From an uncultured Spirochaetota bacterium (GTDB lineage Bacteria; Spirochaetota; Spirochaetia; SZUA-6; Fen-1364), in NCBI GenBank assembly GCA_963820525.1, contig CAWGAA010000001.1, positions 256,001 through 320,000 on the forward strand: a stretch of DNA of 64,000 nt, in the 5' to 3' direction. A program made the translations under genes and the position numbers. Each line of letters starts with the position of its first letter. Position 1 is the first letter of the stretch. Shown here in pieces: positions 49,653 through 59,233 of this stretch. The notes under the pieces were generated by a model. That model worked only from the letters and a program-made list of their open reading frames with translations. It did no database searches and was not told the origin of the DNA.

Positions 49653-50936
49653 GTGAGCGAGTTGGCCATGAAAAGCGGGGGCGGACCCTCCCCTCGGCAG
49701 TGGATCTGTCCCGAATGCGGTTTCGACGTAGACGGCCGCGAGGCGTGCCGCGTATGCGGCTATGATCCTCGGCGGGACCTCTGCACCCCCGCGGCCGGCG
49801 CGGAAGGCAATCGCTTCTCCTTTGTCTATATCTTCTGTCTTGTCGCGGTGTTCTCGGTCCTCTTCATCGTCACGGATCTCTCGGTCAAACATCGGCCGCC
49901 TGCCGCATCCCTTGCTTCGGCCGCCGCGCAGAAAACAGTGGATCCTCCCGCACCGACGCCCCAAGCGCCGGCTCCACAACCCGCGGCGCCGGCGCCCCAG
50001 CCCGGAACGCCGAAACCCCAACCCGAGGCGGGGCCGCAACCGCCGGCTGCGCTCCAACCCTCTGCGCCTGCACCTCCCGAAAATCGGCCCAAACCTGCAA
50101 AGCCCGCGGCGCCTCGCAGAGCTGCCGCCGTCGTCGATGTCGGAAAACGGATCACCCATCCCCCGCTCTCCGATCGCGAATCATACGTCTCCTGGATGCT
50201 CGAGCATACCAGCCAGAAGGAGAGCTTCCTCCGCGGACGCTGGGATCGTGCCCAGGCCATCCTTTCGTTTGATGGGATCAATAACCAGCGCGTCCTGGAG
50301 GCTTTCCTCCTCACTCCGAGGGAATACTTCTGCAGGGACATCCGGCGCGCGTATGAGAGCGCCGCCCTTCCCATCGGATACGGACAGACGATTTCCGGGC
50401 CCCACATGGTTGCCCGAATGACCGATTACCTCAACCCGCTTCCCGGACAGAAGGTCTTGGAGATCGGTACAGGCTCGGGCTACCAGTCCGGCGTGCTCTC
50501 CGAGCTTTCCAACCATGTCTACACGATCGAGATCGTGGCCGCCCTGGCCGAGGAGACTGATCAGATCTACACCCGCCTGGAGAAGAGCTTCCCCGAATAC
50601 GGCAATATCCGGCGGAAAGTCGATGACGGGTACTACGGATGGCGGGAGTATGCCCCCTTCGACAGGATCATCGTAACATGCGGAATCGACCACGTTCCGC
50701 CCGAGCTCCTCAAGCAGCTCGCCCCGAATGGGATCATGGTGATTCCCGTCGGCCCCCCATCCGGCCAGACGATCATGCGCATCGTCAAGCGCGTCGCGAG
50801 CGACGGGACGGTGAGCCTCGACCGAGAAGACATCTACCATGGCAAGAGGAAGGAGATCTTCGTTCCCTTCACGGCGCGCGAGGGCGGAGTGCACAGCGGA
50901 GGTTCCGGCGCGGACGAGGAGAAGGCCACTCAGTGA
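49653..50936 (+). CDS. pcm: Protein-L-isoaspartate O-methyltransferase with N-terminal zinc ribbon, TM helix and Pro-rich linker
   Basis: GQTISGP, VLEIGTGSGYQ, APFDRIIVT, VIPVG, FVPF; N-terminal CPEC/CRVC. Start could be ATG 49668. Confidence 0.88.
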   Translation: MSELAMKSGGGPSPRQWICPECGFDVDGREACRVCGYDPRRDLCTPAAGAEGNRFSFVYIFCLVAVFSVLFIVTDLSVKHRPPAASLASAAAQKTVDPPAPTPQAPAPQPAAPAPQPGTPKPQPEAGPQPPAALQPSAPAPPENRPKPAKPAAPRRAAAVVDVGKRITHPPLSDRESYVSWMLEHTSQKESFLRGRWDRAQAILSFDGINNQRVLEAFLLTPREYFCRDIRRAYESAALPIGYGQTISGPHMVARMTDYLNPLPGQKVLEIGTGSGYQSGVLSELSNHVYTIEIVAALAEETDQIYTRLEKSFPEYGNIRRKVDDGYYGWREYAPFDRIIVTCGIDHVPPELLKQLAPNGIMVIPVGPPSGQTIMRIVKRVASDGTVSLDREDIYHGKRKEIFVPFTAREGGVHSGGSGADEEKATQ

Positions 50937-53506
50937 TGACGCGCGCGCCGACCAGGCTCTCCGATGTGAGGCTGGCTTCGCTGTTCTTCGTCTCCGTCAC
51001 CGTGCTTGCGTTCGAGATCGAGGTCATGCGCACCTTCGCCGTGACCAGCTGGTCCAACTTCGGCTCCATGGTGATCAGCATAGCCCTCCTGGGCTTCGGA
51101 CTGTCCGGCACCCTGCTCACCTTTTGCGGCAGGAGCATTCGAAGGAATCCCGACGGGTGGCTCGGCGCGGCGGCCTTCGCCCTCGCCCCCTCCATCGCGT
51201 CGGCCCACACTCTGGCCCAGCGGGTGCCTTTCAATCCCGTTCTCATCGCCTCCGACATGTCGCAGCTATGGTGGGTGGGCGCCTATTATCTTGTGTACTC
51301 CATTCCCTTCTTCGCCGGAGGAATCTTCATCGGCGCTATTTTCTCGGCCCTCTCCAGCCGGTCCCACCAACTGTACTTCTGGAACATGCTGGGCTCCGGG
51401 CTGGGCGGTCTCGCAATCCTGGGCCTCATGTTCATCATTCCGCCGGGCATGCTCATCTTTCCCCTCGTCGGCATTGCCTGCGTACCCGCGCTCTTGTGCA
51501 GCATCCACTGGTCTGCGATCGATGGGCGTTTCCGGCTGAGCCCCCCCGAGATCGTGCTCTCCCTCGGATTGGCCGGTTTGTGCTTCCTGCTCCTGGCGAG
51601 CTTTGGCGGTCTTTCCGTGTCGGATTTCAAGCCGATAAGCTACGCGCGAAAGTTTCCCGATTCCAAAGAGGTGTACAGCTTTTTCAGCCCGCGCGGAGAG
51701 ATGCGCGCCTATTCCAGCTCCTATTTTCATTTCGCTCCCGGACTGAGCGACAATGCGAGCATCTCCCTCTCCCAGATGCCGCGAAACGCCTTTCTCGGCC
51801 TGTACACGGACGGCGATGGCCCTGTCGGCATCATGCGCAAGATGCAGCCGGGAGAGGAGGGCTACCTCGATTACCTCCCCATGTCGGCGCCCTACCGGCT
51901 GCTCTCCAAGCCCAAGGTGCTGCTCCTGCGCCTTGGCGGGGGAGCAGGCGTGCACACGGCTCTCCACAATGGCGCCCGCGAAGTCAGGGTGGTCGAGTCG
52001 AACCCGGACCTGATCTCCATGCTTCGCGATGTGGACTTTTTCAAGGAGTACACGGGAGGAATGCTGGAGGACCCGCGGGTGCGGCTGGAAAGCTCCGAAG
52101 TGAGGGCCTTTGCCGGCTCGACGGCCGAGAAGTTCGACCTTGTCGAGATCGGCCTCATCGACTCGATCGGATTGTCCCAGGCCGGAGGGTACTCCGTGGA
52201 GGAGAACTATATCTACACCGTCGAGGCGATCAGGGAGTATCTCTCGTGCCTGGCTCCTCAGGGCATCCTCTCCATCACGGTCTGGGACCGCCTCACCCCG
52301 CCGCGCAACGTGCCGAAGCTTCTCGCCACGGTCGTGGAAGCGCTCAAACAGGCACGGCTGCCAGACCCCGAGAAGAGGATCTATTCCTTCGATCTTCTTC
52401 TCTCAACCGCCACAATCCTCGTGAAGAACGGGGAGTTCATCCCGGCTGAGATCGAGCAGCTCAACTCGTATTGCAAACGGATGTCCTTTGAAGTCGTCTA
52501 CTACCCCGGAACGCCGCCGGGGGCAAAGAGCTTCGACCAGATCCTGGACGTCTATGGCGGCATCTATGGACAGGCGGGACGAGCCGCTGCCTCTCAGAGC
52601 AGCGCCCAGGGAATCGACCTCATCCCCGGCGACCTCTACCATTTCTCGTTGCTGTGGCTGCTCTCAGGCCGGGAAACCGAGCTTTTCGACCGATACGTTT
52701 TCGATATCCGCCCCGCCACTGACGATAAACCCTATTACTCGGGATACATCAAGCCGCGGACGCTCCCGCTCCTCATTCACCGCATCGGGGAGTTTTCCGA
52801 GGAATGGGGATACATCCTTCTTCTGGCAACCCTGGTCCAGTCCCTTATCTTCGGCTTTCTGATCATCCTCGTGCCCCTTACCCTTCGATGGCGGGAGCTG
52901 TTCAAGGGCAGGAGGGGGACTTTCGGAGTCATCCTGTACTTCGCTTGCCTGGGGCTCGGATACATGATGGCGGAGATATTCCTCATCCAGCGCTTCGTGT
53001 TCTTCCTTGCGGATCCCGTCTATGCCAATGCAATCGTGCTGACCGTGCTGCTCATCTCCTCGGGATTCGGAAGCCTCGTGAGCGAAGGTCTGAAAATGGA
53101 GAGAAACGCCGCGGTTCGCGCGGCGGCCGCGGGGATCGCCGCGTTGGCCGTCTTCTATTTTTTCGGTCTCCCCTGGCTGCTGCGGGAGCTGCTCGGCGCG
53201 TCGCTGCTCGTGAAAGCGGCTCTCGCGGCCGTTTTCATCGCCCCCATCGGGCTTTGCCTCGGTTTTCCCTTTCCCTGCGGCCTTGCTGCCCTCTCGGAAT
53301 CGCGCCGCGAGATCCTGCCCTGGGCATGGGGGATGAACGGCGCCCTTTCTGTGACAGGCTCGGTTCTCACGAGGGTGATCTCGACATCCGCGGGATTCTC
53401 CATAGTGCTTGCGGCAATGGCAGGGCTCTATCTCTGTGCTGGACTTCTCTTTTCGGCGAACGAATCCACCATCCGCATACCCCGCATCAGGCTGCGGGCC
53501 CGCTGA
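50936..53506 (+). CDS. Polytopic membrane protein with central spermidine-synthase-like SAM-binding domain (fused MFS/SpeE-like)
   Basis: About 7 TM, a soluble domain (KVLLLRLGGG, VVESNP, FDLV, ENYIYTVEA, PATDDKPY), then about 7 TM. TGATG overlap with pcm. Confidence 0.82.
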   Translation: MTRAPTRLSDVRLASLFFVSVTVLAFEIEVMRTFAVTSWSNFGSMVISIALLGFGLSGTLLTFCGRSIRRNPDGWLGAAAFALAPSIASAHTLAQRVPFNPVLIASDMSQLWWVGAYYLVYSIPFFAGGIFIGAIFSALSSRSHQLYFWNMLGSGLGGLAILGLMFIIPPGMLIFPLVGIACVPALLCSIHWSAIDGRFRLSPPEIVLSLGLAGLCFLLLASFGGLSVSDFKPISYARKFPDSKEVYSFFSPRGEMRAYSSSYFHFAPGLSDNASISLSQMPRNAFLGLYTDGDGPVGIMRKMQPGEEGYLDYLPMSAPYRLLSKPKVLLLRLGGGAGVHTALHNGAREVRVVESNPDLISMLRDVDFFKEYTGGMLEDPRVRLESSEVRAFAGSTAEKFDLVEIGLIDSIGLSQAGGYSVEENYIYTVEAIREYLSCLAPQGILSITVWDRLTPPRNVPKLLATVVEALKQARLPDPEKRIYSFDLLLSTATILVKNGEFIPAEIEQLNSYCKRMSFEVVYYPGTPPGAKSFDQILDVYGGIYGQAGRAAASQSSAQGIDLIPGDLYHFSLLWLLSGRETELFDRYVFDIRPATDDKPYYSGYIKPRTLPLLIHRIGEFSEEWGYILLLATLVQSLIFGFLIILVPLTLRWRELFKGRRGTFGVILYFACLGLGYMMAEIFLIQRFVFFLADPVYANAIVLTVLLISSGFGSLVSEGLKMERNAAVRAAAAGIAALAVFYFFGLPWLLRELLGASLLVKAALAAVFIAPIGLCLGFPFPCGLAALSESRREILPWAWGMNGALSVTGSVLTRVISTSAGFSIVLAAMAGLYLCAGLLFSANESTIRIPRIRLRAR

Positions 53507-53523
53507 AGCCGCACGCGGGCGGA

Positions 53524-54429
53524 TCAATCCCCGGCGAAGACTTCCTTTTTCTTTTCAGCATCGGAACCCTCGAGCTGGGGAACCTGGGAGTACCCTTCGA
53601 ACTTCAGGGACGCCCGCACTCTCTTCAGAAGCTCGGAGCGCGCAATCTTTCCCGCCGAATCCCTGACATGCTTGCAGAAGAAATAGGTGAAAGCGCCGTT
53701 CGGAGCGCCGCCGATCTCGGCATCGGAGGAGTACTGATCCGAGCGGCACGCGGCCCAGAGGACGTGGTTGATTGGAGTCTTCTCCTTCAGCCGTGCAAGG
53801 ACCCCGAATCTTCGAAGCGGAAGCCCTTCGGCAAAGATCTCATCCGCGCGCGCGGCGATGTCGGCCGGAGGGATCATGTAGCGGTTTCGGATGCACAGGG
53901 CGCTGGACCAGAGGTCCTTCTCCGCGTTTCCCGGATGGAAGCCCTGGGAGATACCCGCAAGCCGGTCTATGGCCCGCCTGTCCATGACGAGCTCCCGGGT
54001 TCCGGTGCCGGAGTGGCATGAATCCAGGATCACCTCGAGGTGAACCCCGCTTTTCATGCCGGAAAAGATCTCTGAGAAATCGTCGTCGGAGATGTACGAC
54101 CCGCTCCAGTCGAAATCGTAGGGACAGATGATCTCGTCCTTCCCATCTGAAAGCTCGTCGCCCTCTTTGTCACGCACCTGAGATCCATGTCCCGAGTAAT
54201 GAAAAACGAGGATATCCCCCTTTGCCGATTTCGCGATCCGGGCCTCAAGCTCGTTCATGATGGCGCTTTTTGTCGCCCGCGAATCCTGAAGCATCCTGAT
54301 GTCTGCGGGAAGGAACCCGAAGTACTTCACGAGCGCGTCGTAGACGTTGGTGATGTCGTTGAGACATCCCTGGAGGTCGTTCTGGACACCGGGATAATTG
54401 TTTATTCCGACGAGAAGTGCTGACTTCAT
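53524..54429 (-). CDS. Caspase-family (C14) metacaspase
   Basis: ALLVGINNY, HYSGHG, DSCHSG dyad; p10-like AAC...GAFT...QVPQL. Confidence 0.92.
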   Translation of the reverse strand: MKSALLVGINNYPGVQNDLQGCLNDITNVYDALVKYFGFLPADIRMLQDSRATKSAIMNELEARIAKSAKGDILVFHYSGHGSQVRDKEGDELSDGKDEIICPYDFDWSGSYISDDDFSEIFSGMKSGVHLEVILDSCHSGTGTRELVMDRRAIDRLAGISQGFHPGNAEKDLWSSALCIRNRYMIPPADIAARADEIFAEGLPLRRFGVLARLKEKTPINHVLWAACRSDQYSSDAEIGGAPNGAFTYFFCKHVRDSAGKIARSELLKRVRASLKFEGYSQVPQLEGSDAEKKKEVFAGD

Positions 54430-54436
54430 GGGATTG

Positions 54437-54465
54437 ATCGTACCATTTCGAGCCTAGCAGCACAA
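54437..54465 (-). promoter_or_regulatory. Putative extended -10 promoter for the metacaspase, leaderless geometry
   Basis: TTGTGC, 17 bp ending in TG-n, TACGAT, 7 nt, ATG. Confidence 0.55.
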
Positions 54466-54499
54466 GAAATAACAAGTACAGCTGAAGCTCTTTGAATCA

Positions 54500-55435
54500 T
54501 CAGCCCATCTTTTCAAGGAACCACGAATATGTCCTGTGTATGCCCTCTTCGAGCCTCGTGCCGGCTCTCCAACCCAGCGAGCTCAAGCGGCTGACATCGA
54601 GCAGCTTCTGCGGTGTCCCATTCGGCTTCGAGCCGTCGTAGATAAACCGTCCTCCGAACCCGACTTCCCGCGCCACTGTCTGATAGAGCTCCGCGATAGA
54701 GCAGTCTTCTCCGGTCCCCACATTGATGATCTCTCCGGCTTGCTTGTAATCGCAGTGTTCCATCAGGAAGAGCGCGGCTTGCGCAAGGTCTTCCACGAAC
54801 AGAAACTCCCGGCGCGGCTTCCCGTCTCCCCAGATCGTGACATCTTTGCCCTGCTTTTTCGCCTCGTGAACCTTCCTGATCGCGGCGGGCAGGACATGCG
54901 ATGTCGCCGGATTGAAATTGTCTCCCGGGCCATAAAGATTCGTCGGCATCGCGGAGATGAAGTTCGTGCCGTACTGTTCATTGTAGTAGCGGCAGAGCTT
55001 GATAGCCGTGATTTTCGCAATGGCATAGGCTTCGTTTGTAGGCTCGAGCGGCCCCGTGAGCAGGTACTCTTCCCGGAGGGGCTGGGGAGCCATCTTCGGG
55101 TAGATGCAGGAAGAGCCGAGGTTGAGAAGCTTTTCCACGCCGTTTGCGTATGAAGCGTTTATGACATTCGCGGCGATCATCATGTTGTCGTAGATGAATT
55201 CGGCCTTGTAGGTGTTGTTGGCGAGAATCCCCCCCACCTTGGCAGCGGCCAGGAACACATAGCGGGGCTTCTCCCCGCGAAAGAACTCGTCCGCGGAGCT
55301 CTGGTTCCTGAGGTCAAGCTCATCGAGGTCGCGCGTAACGATATTCTTGAAGCCGGCCGCATCCAGGGCCCGGCAGATGGCCGAACCGACAAGGCCGGTA
55401 TGCCCGGCAACAAAGATCTTTCCCTTCTTATTCAT
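54500..55435 (-). CDS. fcl: GDP-L-fucose synthase
   Basis: [42 protein letters not shown]. Confidence 0.95.
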   Translation of the reverse strand: MNKKGKIFVAGHTGLVGSAICRALDAAGFKNIVTRDLDELDLRNQSSADEFFRGEKPRYVFLAAAKVGGILANNTYKAEFIYDNMMIAANVINASYANGVEKLLNLGSSCIYPKMAPQPLREEYLLTGPLEPTNEAYAIAKITAIKLCRYYNEQYGTNFISAMPTNLYGPGDNFNPATSHVLPAAIRKVHEAKKQGKDVTIWGDGKPRREFLFVEDLAQAALFLMEHCDYKQAGEIINVGTGEDCSIAELYQTVAREVGFGGRFIYDGSKPNGTPQKLLDVSRLSSLGWRAGTRLEEGIHRTYSWFLEKMG

Positions 55436-56513
55436 GGTAGTTCTTCACCTCGAATCCACCTTTCTTGAGGTATATTTCCCGCTCAGCGGCCTCACGATCA
55501 GCCTTGACCATCATTTCAACGAGCTCGTCGAAACGCACGGTCGGCTCCCATTTCAGGAGCTTTTTTGCCTTCGATGGGTCGCCGAGAAGCTGGTCCACCT
55601 CCGCGGGCCTGAAGTAGCGCGGGTCGATCTGGACCAACGTCTTCCCGTTCGCTCGATTGATCCCCTTCTCCTCCACGCCGCTGCCGTGCCACTCGATCTG
55701 CGCGCCTGAGGCCGCGAAGGCGCGCTCGACGAACTCCCGCACCGTATGAGACTCTCCCGTTGCGATGATGAAATCGTCAGGCCTCTCGGCCTGCAGGATC
55801 ATCCATATGGCCTCGACGTAGTCCCCCGCGAATCCCCAATCCCTTTTGGCGCCGAGGTTTCCCAGATACAGCTTCTCCTGAAGCCCGAGGGCTATCCGCG
55901 CGGCTGCGCGCGTGATTTTCCGGGTCACGAAAGTTTCCCCGCGGAGCGGGCTTTCATGATTGAAGAGGATCCCATTGGAGGCGAAAATGCCGTAGGACTC
56001 CCGATAGTTCACCGTGATCCAGTACCCATAGAGCTTAGCGACGCCGTACGGGCTCCTGGGATAGAACGGCGTGGCTTCCGTTTGGGGTATTCTCTGAACC
56101 TTGCCGTAGAGCTCGCTCGTGGAGGCCTGGTAGAAGCGCACTTTCTTCTCCATGCGGAGAATCCTTATCGCCTCCAGGATGCGAAGCGGCCCCAGCGCGT
56201 CGGAGTTGGCCGTGTACTCCGAGGTCTCGAAGGAAACGTGCACGTGGCTTTGAGCGGCGAGGTTGTAGATCTCGTCGGGCTGGATGTCCTGGATCACCCG
56301 GATGAGGTTCGTCGAATCGGTGAGATCCCCGTAGTGGAGGAAGAACCTCACCCCTTTTTCGTGGAGATCCCGATACAGGTGATCGATCCGATCCGTATTG
56401 AAGGAAGACGAGCGGCGTTTGATCCCGTGCACGGTATAGCCTTTTCCCAGGAGAAACTCCGAGAGGTAGGCGCCGTCCTGACCCGTGACACCGGTTATGA
56501 GAGCTACTGGCAT
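55428..56513 (-). CDS. gmd: GDP-mannose 4,6-dehydratase
   Basis: [41 protein letters not shown]. Confidence 0.97.
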   Translation of the reverse strand: MPVALITGVTGQDGAYLSEFLLGKGYTVHGIKRRSSSFNTDRIDHLYRDLHEKGVRFFLHYGDLTDSTNLIRVIQDIQPDEIYNLAAQSHVHVSFETSEYTANSDALGPLRILEAIRILRMEKKVRFYQASTSELYGKVQRIPQTEATPFYPRSPYGVAKLYGYWITVNYRESYGIFASNGILFNHESPLRGETFVTRKITRAAARIALGLQEKLYLGNLGAKRDWGFAGDYVEAIWMILQAERPDDFIIATGESHTVREFVERAFAASGAQIEWHGSGVEEKGINRANGKTLVQIDPRYFRPAEVDQLLGDPSKAKKLLKWEPTVRFDELVEMMVKADREAAEREIYLKKGGFEVKNYHE

Positions 56514-56570
56514 AGTGACTCCTTGTCAGTGTTTATCCAGGATCGCGAGTTCATGATCTGGCACGTTCGG

Positions 56571-56616
56571 AGTGTTCAACCTATGAACACTATATGAATT
56601 CAGGTGAAAATGACAA
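56571..56616 (-). promoter_or_regulatory. Putative gmd promoter overlapped by an 8-5-8 inverted repeat
   Basis: TTGTCA-16-TATAGT on the minus strand; AGTGTTCA-ACCTA-TGAACACT at 56571-56591. Confidence 0.55.
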
Positions 56617-56679
56617 GTGCAAGAGCACCTTTCCCCGTCCCTTTACAAATCCTTGCCCATCCGATATCTCATAACGAGC

Positions 56680-57099
56680 ATGGCAGCTACACCAAAGCCC
56701 AGCCGGCCAGGCCGCTCGCTGCGCGACAGGGCCCGAGAAATGAGGAACGAAACGCTCGCCATCTCCCTGGCATGCCGGGACCCACGCGTGCCCTGGTACG
56801 CCAGGGCCCTGGCAGCGGTGATCGTCGGATATGCTCTGAGCCCCATAGACCTGATTCCCGACTTCATCCCCGTGCTTGGCTACCTCGACGATCTCATCCT
56901 CATCCCGCTGGGAATCGCGCTTTTGCTGCGGATGATCCCCGTGGAGGTCATGGAGGAGGCGCGGGAAGCGGCCCGAAAGCGGTTTGCGTCCGGCAGCCCC
57001 CGAAGCAGGATTCTGGCGGCGCTCATTATTGCGGCCGCATGGGCGGCTGCCGCGTTCCTGGCTGCCCGCGCAATCTACCGCGCATTCTTTCGGAGGTAG
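56680..57099 (+). CDS. YkvA/DUF1232 family membrane protein
   Basis: [30 protein letters not shown]. Confidence 0.9.
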   Translation: MAATPKPSRPGRSLRDRAREMRNETLAISLACRDPRVPWYARALAAVIVGYALSPIDLIPDFIPVLGYLDDLILIPLGIALLLRMIPVEVMEEAREAARKRFASGSPRSRILAALIIAAAWAAAAFLAARAIYRAFFRR

Positions 57100-57101
57100 C
57101 G

Positions 57102-57809
57102 ATGGGCACGCTTTTCATCATCGCCACGCCAATCGGGAACCTCGAAGATATAACGCTGCGCGCAGTCAGGGTGCTGGGCGAAGTTGGCGCGCTGGCATGC
57201 GAAGATACCCGGCGGACCCGCATCCTTTACGAGCGGCACGGGATCAAGAGCCCCGGCATCATCTTTTCCTACCGCGAACAGAACGAGGATTCCGCCGGAT
57301 CCCGCATCCTCGGCCTGCTCGGCCAGGGGCTTTCCGTCGGCCTCTGCTCCGACGCGGGATATCCGGCCATCAGCGACCCCGGCTACCGGATAATCTCCCG
57401 GGCCATTGCCGAGGGGCACCGTGTCGAGGTGATCCCCGGCGCTGGCGCCGTATCCGCCGCCCTCCTCTCTTCCGGCCTGCCGACATCGAGCTTCACGTTC
57501 AAGGGCTTCCCCCCGAAAAAGCCGGGACTGCGCAGGCGGTTTCTCGCCATGGAGAAGGATGCTCCGCACACCCTGGTGTTCTACGAGTCGCCATTCCGCA
57601 TCGCCAAGCTGCTCGCCGATGCGCGCGAGGTTCTCGGCAACAGGATGGCCGCGGTGTGCGTCGAGCTCACCAAGCAGTTCGAAAAGGTCCACCGCGGGAC
57701 CCTGGATGAGCTGTGCCGCCAATTCGAGGGCAAGAGCGTGAAGGGAGAGATCGCCGTCGTCATCGCGGGCAGCAACCCCAAGTTCACCTTCGAACAGCCG
57801 GAAGATTGA
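57102..57809 (+). CDS. rsmI: 16S rRNA (C1402) 2'-O-methyltransferase
   Basis: ATPIGNLEDITLRA, ACEDTR, SDAGYPAISDPG, FYESPFR, ELTKQFE. Confidence 0.95.
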   Translation: MGTLFIIATPIGNLEDITLRAVRVLGEVGALACEDTRRTRILYERHGIKSPGIIFSYREQNEDSAGSRILGLLGQGLSVGLCSDAGYPAISDPGYRIISRAIAEGHRVEVIPGAGAVSAALLSSGLPTSSFTFKGFPPKKPGLRRRFLAMEKDAPHTLVFYESPFRIAKLLADAREVLGNRMAAVCVELTKQFEKVHRGTLDELCRQFEGKSVKGEIAVVIAGSNPKFTFEQPED

Positions 57810-57838
57810 TTGACACTCCCGCCGTGCGGCCCTAGTAT
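57810..57838 (+). promoter_or_regulatory. Putative sigma70 promoter for argH
   Basis: TTGACA (57810-57815), 17 bp, TAGTAT (57833-57838), 9 nt, ATG. Confidence 0.7.
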
Positions 57839-57847
57839 GGCCTCACT

Positions 57848-59233
57848 ATGGCCAAGCTCTGGGACAAGGGATTCGACCAGGACGCCCTCATGGAGGCCTT
57901 CACGGTCGGCGAAGATTATTCTTTGGACTCGCGTCTGGTCAACGCGGACTGCGTGGCGAGCATGGCCCATGCCGCCATGCTGGGCGCCATCGGGATACTG
58001 GAAAAGCGCGAGGTTGAGGCGCTGCGCCGCGAGCTGGCCGAGATCATTGCGGCCAACGCCCAGGGACGGTTCGCCATCCGCCGATCGGACGAAGATGTCC
58101 ATACGGCGATCGAAAATCGCCTGACCGCCGTCCTGGGAGACGCTGGGAAGAAGATCCACACGGGAAGGTCGAGAAACGACCAGGTGATCGCCGCGCTCCG
58201 TCTCTGGACGCGCGGTTTTCTCTTCTCCTTCCAGAGAGCCTGCCTCACCCTCGTCCAGCGGCTCCTCGCGCTTTCAGAGGCGCACGCCTTGACCCCCATG
58301 CCGGGCCGGACCCACATGCAGATCGCGATGCCGTCCTCGGTCGGGTTGTGGGCGGCCGCCTATGCCGAGGAGCTGCTCGACGACGCGCTTCTGGCCCAGG
58401 GCGCCTACGAGATATGCGACTGCTCCCCGCTGGGTTCCGCGGCAAGCTATGGCGTGCCCATTCCCCTGGACAGGGAGATGACGGCCCGGCTCCTCGGCTT
58501 CTCCCGCGTGCAGAACAATGTTCTGTACGCCAACAACAGCCGGGGGAAATTCGAGTCGATCGTGCTCGGCGCCGTGGAGCAAGCGGCTCTCACCCTGAGC
58601 AAGATGGCCCAGGACCTCATCCTCTACTCCATGCCCGAGTTCGGCTATTTCACGCTGCCCGCAGAGCTGTGTTCGGGTTCCAGCATCATGCCCCAGAAGA
58701 AGAATCCCGACGGACTGGAGGCTGTGCGTGCCAAGAGCTCTGTGATCTCCGCGGACAGGTGCGCGGTGACAGGGGCGATCCGCGCCCTGCCCAGCGGCTA
58801 CAATCGGGATTTCCAAGACACCAAGGGCCCGTATTTCAGGGGATGCGAGACGGGGCTTGCCTGCCTGCGCGTGATGGACCTCACCATCGTCAAGCTCGAG
58901 GTGAACCGCGAGAGGCTGCTTGGCGCGTTCACTCCGGAGATCTTCGCGACGGATCGCGCACTCGAGCTGGTAGCCCGGGGGATGCCCTTCCGGGACGCCT
59001 ACAGGGAGGTGGGCGGCAGCCTTGAAAAGCTGGCGGGAAGCGATCCCGTGGAGGCGATAAAGAAAAAGACCTCCTCCGGCGCCACGGGGAATCTCCGCCT
59101 GGATGTGGCCAAGAACGGGGCTGCGGCTCTGCTTAAAAAGGTAGATGCCGAGGAGTCGGCAAGCAGGGAAAAGATCTCTTCGCTCGCCGGAAGAGACGTC
59201 GAGCTTTTCGTGGATCCCCTGGCTCAGCGGTAG
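57848..59233 (+). CDS. argH: Argininosuccinate lyase
   Basis: HTGRSRNDQV, PGRTHMQ, GSSIMPQKKNPD, LPSGYNRD. Confidence 0.95.
   Translation: MAKLWDKGFDQDALMEAFTVGEDYSLDSRLVNADCVASMAHAAMLGAIGILEKREVEALRRELAEIIAANAQGRFAIRRSDEDVHTAIENRLTAVLGDAGKKIHTGRSRNDQVIAALRLWTRGFLFSFQRACLTLVQRLLALSEAHALTPMPGRTHMQIAMPSSVGLWAAAYAEELLDDALLAQGAYEICDCSPLGSAASYGVPIPLDREMTARLLGFSRVQNNVLYANNSRGKFESIVLGAVEQAALTLSKMAQDLILYSMPEFGYFTLPAELCSGSSIMPQKKNPDGLEAVRAKSSVISADRCAVTGAIRALPSGYNRDFQDTKGPYFRGCETGLACLRVMDLTIVKLEVNRERLLGAFTPEIFATDRALELVARGMPFRDAYREVGGSLEKLAGSDPVEAIKKKTSSGATGNLRLDVAKNGAAALLKKVDAEESASREKISSLAGRDVELFVDPLAQR

Noticed and set aside
56604..57809. 401-aa extended RsmI and other over-long track starts (rpsO, smpB, comF, ruvA, SpeE-like)
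   Set aside because: The extensions overlap neighbouring real genes; conserved N-termini and SD sites indicate the shorter starts.
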